A DNA stretch of 64,000 nucleotides, from positions 113,524,001-113,588,000 of the forward strand of contig NC_087436.1 of NCBI RefSeq assembly GCF_036321535.1, written 5' to 3'. The DNA comes from Camelus dromedarius. Taxonomy: Eukaryota. Position 1 is the first letter of the stretch. Each line of letters begins with the position of its first letter. The translations under genes were made by a program, and so were the position numbers. A model generated the notes under the pieces. That model ran no database searches. It was not told where the DNA came from and worked only from the letters and a program-made list of their open reading frames with translations. Positions 57,760-64,000 of this stretch are shown here, piece after piece.

Positions 57760-57975
57760 GCAGTATGGTGGGATGGTTCCATGGATGGCCATTGCCTACA
57801 TTCAAATCTGACTTCTGCCATTTACTAGTGGTCATCTTGGGCAAGTTTCTTAACCTCTCTGTGTCTTTTATTTTCAGCAGTGACATAGATATAGTAATAG
57901 CTGTAGTTGTGAGGATTAGATGAATTAATTTACATAGAACAGTACCTGACAGATGGAAAGTATGATAGGTGATAC
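57760..57975 (+). mobile_element. MIR SINE
   Basis: ttcaaatctgacttctgccatttactagtggtcatcttgggcaagtttcttaacctctctgtgtct...gttgtgaggattagatga. Confidence 0.85.
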
Positions 57976-57989
57976 CCATTTTTCATAAG

Positions 57990-58418
57990 TCTCAAATAGC
58001 AAGAAGATGAAAGTAGGTAGATTCTGGATTTGAACTGTCAGCCCCAACAATGTCAAAAGTATGGGTCAGCCTTGTTTAAATTCCTTGTCTTTCTCTTCAT
58101 GTTTATAGAATTGCTGCTGCCACAGCTCCAAGCTTTCGGGGTTCATACAACACAACCCAAAGCAGGAAGAGGAAGGCTGAGGACCCAGGGGCGTTCTCCT
58201 GAGGCAGTTGTTTCTTTTTATCCCCAGAAGTTCTGGACTTCTCCTTATCTCTCATTGGCCAGAACTGGGTCACTGGCAAACATGAGTGAGAGCTATGACA
58301 TAAACCAATCATGATTTACCCCTGGGATTGGGCAAATTGCTTCTGAATCAAATGAAAATACTGTTAGCAAAGAAAAGGGGAAATGTTTGCTTGATAGTCA
58401 GCTAACAGTATTATCACA
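57990..58418 (-). mobile_element. Old MaLR LTR (MLT1J/K/L-like)
   Basis: gctgccacagctccaagc...gacttctccttatctctcattggccagaactgggtcac...accaatcatgatttacccctggg...ctgttagcaaagaaaaggggaaatg. Confidence 0.75.
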
Positions 58419-58852
58419 CCGCTATTTTAGAAATAATGACACAGAACTCAGGTCCCTAGTGACGTAGCCGAGGCCATGTGGCCTGGAGGTGTCAGGGTCT
58501 GGATCGGAGCATAGGTTCTCTGACCCCAAGTTGCTTTGTTCATTGCCACTTATTCTTTGTTAACTAGAAAGAATATAAATATGTAGTATATTATTTTGGA
58601 ATTGAGGCATTATAGGTCCCTGTTTTGAGGGCAAATGCAATCTTTTGGAAGAGAAATAGAAACTTGGGACAAGAATCTTCAAGTATGGAATAATTAGATA
58701 ATTCATTCAAATAGCAATTCCTGGGTAGATACTATCTGCATCTAATCATCCATCCTTCCATCCATCCATCTTTCCCTTTCTTCCTCTTTTTCATCCATCC
58801 ACCATACATTCTTCCATCCTTTTATTCATACACCCTTCAGTACATTTACCCT

Positions 58853-58870
58853 TCTATCTACTCTATCTAC

Positions 58871-58955
<85 letters not shown>

Positions 58956-58981
58956 ATCTATCTATCTATCTATCTATCTAT
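58853..58981 (+). repeat. Compound/interrupted (TCTA)n microsatellite, about 130 bp
   Basis: Direct read; preceded by a degenerate (CCAT)n tract at 58745-58820. Confidence 0.97.
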
Positions 58982-59974
58982 GTATAGATATTTTATCTCC
59001 CTTCCTTTCTTCCTTCTTTCTTTTACTCCCTGCTCATCCATCTGTTCCCCACTTATTGCTGCCTCATTGTGTTAAGTGTTGGAAAATATAACAGTGAAAA
59101 AGGCCCATTATTTGCCCTCAAGCAGTTCACATTCTGTTTCAAGAGCAGGCAATTCCAATATGGTATATCCAGTACAAACTGAAACTCCCAATCTGTGTAT
59201 TTAATGTCCAGATATTAAGTGGCCTTTTTGGTTGGACAGACAAGGAGTGGTTGGTGTGGCTTTGTCCTGGGACCAACAGGGCCGTGCAGGTGGCTTGGCA
59301 CGTAAGCCTTGACCTCTGTGGAGCCCTCGGTTCTGATGCAGTGGTCCTGACATCCAGCGCAGTGTCTTTGGAATGAGCAAAAACTCTTTCAGTCCTTCAG
59401 ATGTTTAAAAACACCCAGTGCATTTTTCAAAGTGTTCTCCCTTGAATATTTAAAATCATGTTTTATTTAAGGGAAATGACTTTCATAAATTTCTGACCCA
59501 TTTGAGCTTTATATCATTGTAATACTCTTTAAGAGCCAATTCGTGTCCAATAAGGCTCTTCACCTTGTTTAATGACTTTTTAAAATTCTCTTTTCTTGCA
59601 ATCAAAACTGTATAAGCCAATTCGAATGCCAAAGGGTTCAAGTTCAGTTCAGAGTGCTCAAATCATGAATACTGAGAGAATTTTAAGTTGGTAAAATGAG
59701 TTCTGCTCATCCGTATTCAACTCTGAGTCTCCAGCGATTAGCTCAGCCTGGATGCCCTGTGGACACCATCTGGGGTTCAGAGAACTGGACTTTTCACTGA
59801 ATATTTAAAAACGACGTAGGCACATCCCGCCTTATACATAGCTAACTCGTCCAAGGCAGAGAATCTGGGCTTTTGCCACTAATTCTGAGCCACTAAGAAG
59901 GAAGAAAGGAAAACTGACTGCGCTAATCTTTATTGTGCCGCATTTCAACTTGCTCTCCTTTGACATCTGTAACA

Positions 59975-60110
59975 GACATTATATGTGGGTAGATGTTATC
60001 TCCATTTTACTAATGAGGATCCTCAGACTCAGAGAGGTTCAGTAAGTTGACTGAAACCACACAGCTAAGAAATGGCAGAGCAGGTTGTCAGGTCTTCTGA
60101 ATCCAAGCTT
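59975..60110 (-). mobile_element. MIR SINE
   Basis: gttatctccattttactaatgagga...ctcagagaggttcagtaagttg...cacacagctaagaaatggcagagc. Confidence 0.8.
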
Positions 60111-60340
60111 CATGGCCTCCTGAAGTTCAATTCTTCCTGTGCCCTCCTTAATCCATGAGCTCCCAGTAAGGTATGGCCGAGGGCTTGTTCCTAGGCACTT
60201 GACATGAGCACGTTACCTCACTCAATCTTTGCTTTGGCCCCCTTTTACAGCTTAGAAGATGAAGTCTCAGAATTGTAAATAATCCATCCCAAATTACAGA
60301 GCAAAGCCAGACAAACTTGGGTTTGAAGCCTGTTCACCAC

Positions 60341-60777
60341 TGTATTCGTTTCCTGAGGCTTCTATAACAAAGAACCATAAACTGGGCGGCTTAGAACATC
60401 AGAAGCTTATTCCCTCAAAGTCCTCCAGAGGCTGGAAGTCTGAAGTCAAGGAGGCCGCAGGTCTGTGCGCCTGCTGGAGCCTCTAGGGGAGAATCCGTCC
60501 TTGCCTCTCCCTGCCTCCAGCTGCTGTTGGCATCCCTTGGCCTGTGACCACTTCTTTTTCTGTTCCATCTTTTCATGTTGCCTTCTCCTCTGTGTGTCTC
60601 TTGTAAGGACCCTTGTCCTTTGATTTAGGGCCCACCTAGGTAGTCCCAGAAATGCCCTCATCTCAAGATCCTGGACTTAATCACATCAGCAAAGACCCTT
60701 CTCCAAGGGAGGGGACATTCATGGGTTCTGGATGTTTGATCGTGGACTTGTCTTTTTGTGGGAACCACTTAATAACA
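60341..60777 (-). mobile_element. Solo MaLR LTR (MLT1C-like)
   Basis: tgtattcgtttcctgaggcttctataacaaagaaccataaactgggcggctta...tctaggggagaatccgtccttgcctct...catctcaagatcc...aatcacatcagcaaagaccctt. Confidence 0.88.
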
Positions 60778-61949
60778 GTGCTGTGATAGGTAAAGGGTGG
60801 GTACTAATCCCTCGAGTGGTCTCAGCAGCCAGAGTCCATTCAGTTCACAGAGGCCTCATCCAAGGCCACGGTGACAGGCTTTTATAGCTCCATGGACACA
60901 CAGGCAGGGAAAAGGTGTCTTTTATCACACAAATTAAGTGAACTCATACTTTGCAGATAAATTATTCCCCACTTTGACTCCAAGAGCCATCCTGTCTTTT
61001 ATTCTTCCTTAAACCTCCCATCTCCTGGAAGCTTGGTTGTTGCCATTCCAAAGGTGTTTTCCCTCAGAAGCAGTCTTTGGCCTGGTGACTTAAAAGATGA
61101 CAAAGGCTTTTCAGAACTGGTCTGAGGCTGATCCACAGATTTATGGTCCTGACTTACATCACTGCCCTGAATCTGCAGCACAGCCTTGCTTGTGTGTGGG
61201 GAAGTATGTGGCTTCAGCCCAAACGACCAGGACAGTTTTGTTTTGTAAACTTTGGAAACAAAATCTTTTTCTAAGAAGGATGACTCGGTATTGGTAGGTC
61301 AGTGTGAGTCATCTCTGTAGCCCAGGAAACCCGAGTCCAGAGCAGCACAAATTACCCAGACTTCTCTCTCCGTCCTTCTCCTCTTTCCTTCCTTCGTTTG
61401 CTTCCTGTTTTATCTTTCATCAGGCCCCTGGCAGCACTCCATCACATGTCAGGACCTGGATTAGGCCCAGGGGCTACATGATATGTGCCCAGAATCTAAA
61501 GGAGAGGAATGGTCACCTTCTGATGTTCAGTAACAGAGGCTGCAGAGCATTCCAGGGCAGTGCACCCTTTTGCAACATTGGTCACATCCGAGGGTAGAGG
61601 AGGAGGATTGGGGCTGGCCCAGAGGGTGTGGTGTTTGAGTTTGATTTTGAAAGATCAAGAGGGCAGGCCAGGCGGAGGGAACAGTAGATGGAAAGCCTCA
61701 AAGGCAAAAAGGTAAATGCCCATTTCAGGAAATGGTGTGTCCTTTAATATGACCAGAGTATAAGACCACACCTGGGACCAGGACCTGGGGGAAAGGCCAA
61801 GCATGCCACACTGAAGTCAAAGGTTATCAGCGGAGGGTCTGCAGCCAGAGGCTGGTAAGGACAGATCCAGGTTCTAGAAATAGCTCTCTGACCTTAATGG
61901 AGTGAGTGGATCTGAATTGGCTGAGAGACAAGGAGACCAGCGATGATGC

Positions 61950-62140
61950 TTTGACTAGTTTATGTGCTTACTATATGCCAGGCATTGTTCTGAAGGCTTT
62001 CAATATGGGTTTACTAGTTTAGCCTTTACAACAATCTTAGGAAGAAGGTATTCCTTCATCTGGCAACGAAAGAATCAAGAGGTCATCGAGCTAATACATG
62101 ACAGGGCTAGGATCTGAGCCTGGACGGCTGGCTCCAGAAA
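61950..62140 (-). mobile_element. MIR SINE
   Basis: gtgcttactatatgccaggcattgttctgaaggcttt...ggatctgagcctggacggctggctccaga. Confidence 0.75.
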
Positions 62141-62467
62141 ATTAAGATCCAGACCAGGCCCTTGGCAGTGGGAGCGGAAAAGAAGAGGTAGAAGTTCTAG
62201 GACTTGGAGCCCGATTGGCTGGAAGGAGGGAGGGTGGCAACGGGGACCTCAGTCCCACCGGATTTCAGGCTTGGCTGTATACTGTCCTTCTCCCTCCTGC
62301 CCACCCCCTCAGACATTGTGCAACCAGTGTCCCCAGGCCTGACCTCTTCCAGCAGGCCCCTTAAATTAGGAGGGGGCAGTCAATGCTGTAGTTTGTGTGG
62401 TGGTTCAATATCCAGACTCTGGAGTAATCTGGATCACTGGGTTTGCATGTCTTCTTTCCTCTTTTTA

Positions 62468-62634
62468 GTTCCTTGCTATTCAGGATGCGACTGAGGACCA
62501 GCAATTATCACCTTGTTAGAAATTCAGAATCTCAGGCCCCACCCCAGACTCTCCTAGTCAGCATCTGCATTTTACTGGTTGATTCTGACACAACACAATC
62601 GATACAGAGGTCCATTAATGTGTGAGGGACACTG
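62468..62634. mobile_element. MER5A1-like hAT MITE
   Basis: ggaccagcaattatcaccttgttagaaattcagaatctcaggccccaccccagac...atctgcatttta...tgagggacactg. Confidence 0.8.
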
Positions 62635-63129
62635 TTCAACGTGTTTTTACTCTGAGCAAATGATGTAACCAATCTCAATCTCAGTTTCTTCATCTATAAA
62701 ATGGGGGGGATAATAGCACCTTTCTCATTGGGTTATTTGCAAGAATACATGTTAAGAGTTTATTCAGGAGCAGAGAGCAAACCTCAAAAAAATCACTTAT
62801 TATTACTGTGATTTAGTTCTGATGAGAAGATCCAGTCTTGCATGCCGATCTTACAGGTTACAAAGCACAAGACCATGATCTGAGCTGGTTACTACAATAA
62901 TCTTGTGAAAAGGATGAGGAAACCAAGGCTCTGAGAAGTGGCATGATGGGCCCAGAGCTCGAATTTAAAGTTAATAACTAGAGCTCCATTTTCAAGGGGA
63001 AATGGGGCATAGTTACATTACTTCCTCTAGTATCTTTGGGCATAGCCATTTTTACAGGGAGAGGGAAAGAAAACAAAAAGATAGGTCTATCAAGCTCATG
63101 TTTTAAGTCATAAACTTCTGGAGACCTTC

Positions 63130-63618
63130 TATACAGACAGCCCACCAGGGCAGCAGATGTGAAGAGACCCAGCAACCCTTCCTGGTATCTTTGCTCCTCC
63201 AGACCCATCTCCATCCTCTCCTCCCTTGTGCCTCAAAACACTTATCGGTATGGACCACATCAATGAGTTCCTTCTCGCTCTGAATTCTGGCTAGGTCTTT
63301 CCCACAGGGAACCCTAGCAGAAGGTGGTGGATGGGAAGTGAGTGATGGTATTCACTCCTTGAACTCCTTTTTGGCAGACCACTCAATGTTGCTGCATCTC
63401 TCAGGCCACTGTCGAGGGGTCCTCTCTATAGAGTTACTTACCCTTTCCATCATCCAACATCTGTCCTTTCAGACCCAGTGTTGGTGACAGCTGTCTACTG
63501 TACAAGCCCTGGGTACTCTCCTTCTGCTTTACTCTCACCTTATCCCTCACCTACTATATATTTCTGCTATGACCTATTTTAAGAGTCACCTGTTTCCTGC
63601 CGTGACCCTAACTGATGA
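63130..63618 (+). mobile_element. Solo ERVL LTR (LTR33-like)
   Basis: ccagacccatctccatcctct...tggaccacatcaatgagttcctt...ctttcagacccagtgttggtgacagct...ctgtttcctgccgtgaccctaactgat. Confidence 0.7.
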
Positions 63619-64000
63619 GGTGGCAATGGAGGGCACCTTCATATTCCAGAAGGAAAGGTGAGTCTCAGAGAAGGAATTTGATACACCTGTTGTCACATGG
63701 TTGGTTAATGATAGAGCCAAGTCTAGAATCCACAGGTCCCAGTTAATATTGTCTTATTGTCTGGCGTTCTCTTTATCTAATTTTCCCCTTCCCCTCATTT
63801 GCATAGGACTCTTTCAAGGCTTCACAGTTCATTTGATAATCCTAGATTTGTATTTTATTTCTCAAAAAGGGCCTCAAATTGCATAGGTCTCAGACTCTAC
63901 ACAGCCAGGAGCCTTCCCTCCGCTTCGGGAAAGATGTGTAGACATGCATTTGACTTGACCATACATCTTAGTGGTAAGTGACAAAGCAAGGCTGGAGATT

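Noticed and set aside
1..64000. CRISPR array, operon, prophage or other prokaryote-type system
   Set aside because: The sequence is CpG-depleted mammalian DNA dominated by eutherian repeats; I saw no regularly spaced repeat-spacer array or gene-dense segment.

Overview
This is mammalian nuclear DNA, not microbial. It is most likely from a camelid: two tRNA-Ala(AGC)-derived SINEs of the camelid Vic-1 type (10976-11061, 53790-53973) occur with cetartiodactyl-type L1 3' ends, and I saw no Alu, B1/B2, PRE-1, Bov-A/Bov-tA or BovB. I found no recognisable host protein-coding exon, RNA gene or CRISPR-like array; the only ORFs with real protein similarity are broken L1 ORF2 fragments (26.9-28.1 kb, 30.6-30.8 kb). 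Much of the window is interspersed repeat: more than 30 MIRs, many L2 pieces, L1 fragments, about 14 solo LTRs, hAT/Tigger fossils and microsatellites. The LTRs split about evenly between strands, which favours an intergenic location. Repeat-free islands with dense transcription-factor motifs lie between the repeats (5.55-6.13, 6.38-6.79, 9.4-10.65, 15.1-16.0, 38.7-39.9 and 44.8-45.1 kb), two of them CpG-enriched, so the best reading is a regulatory gene desert. I cannot support a novel biological system here; the best leads are candidate cis-regulatory modules, nested TE insertions and TE-derived hairpins. Repeat names come from remembered consensus sequences, not a search, and boundaries without stated TSDs are approximate.
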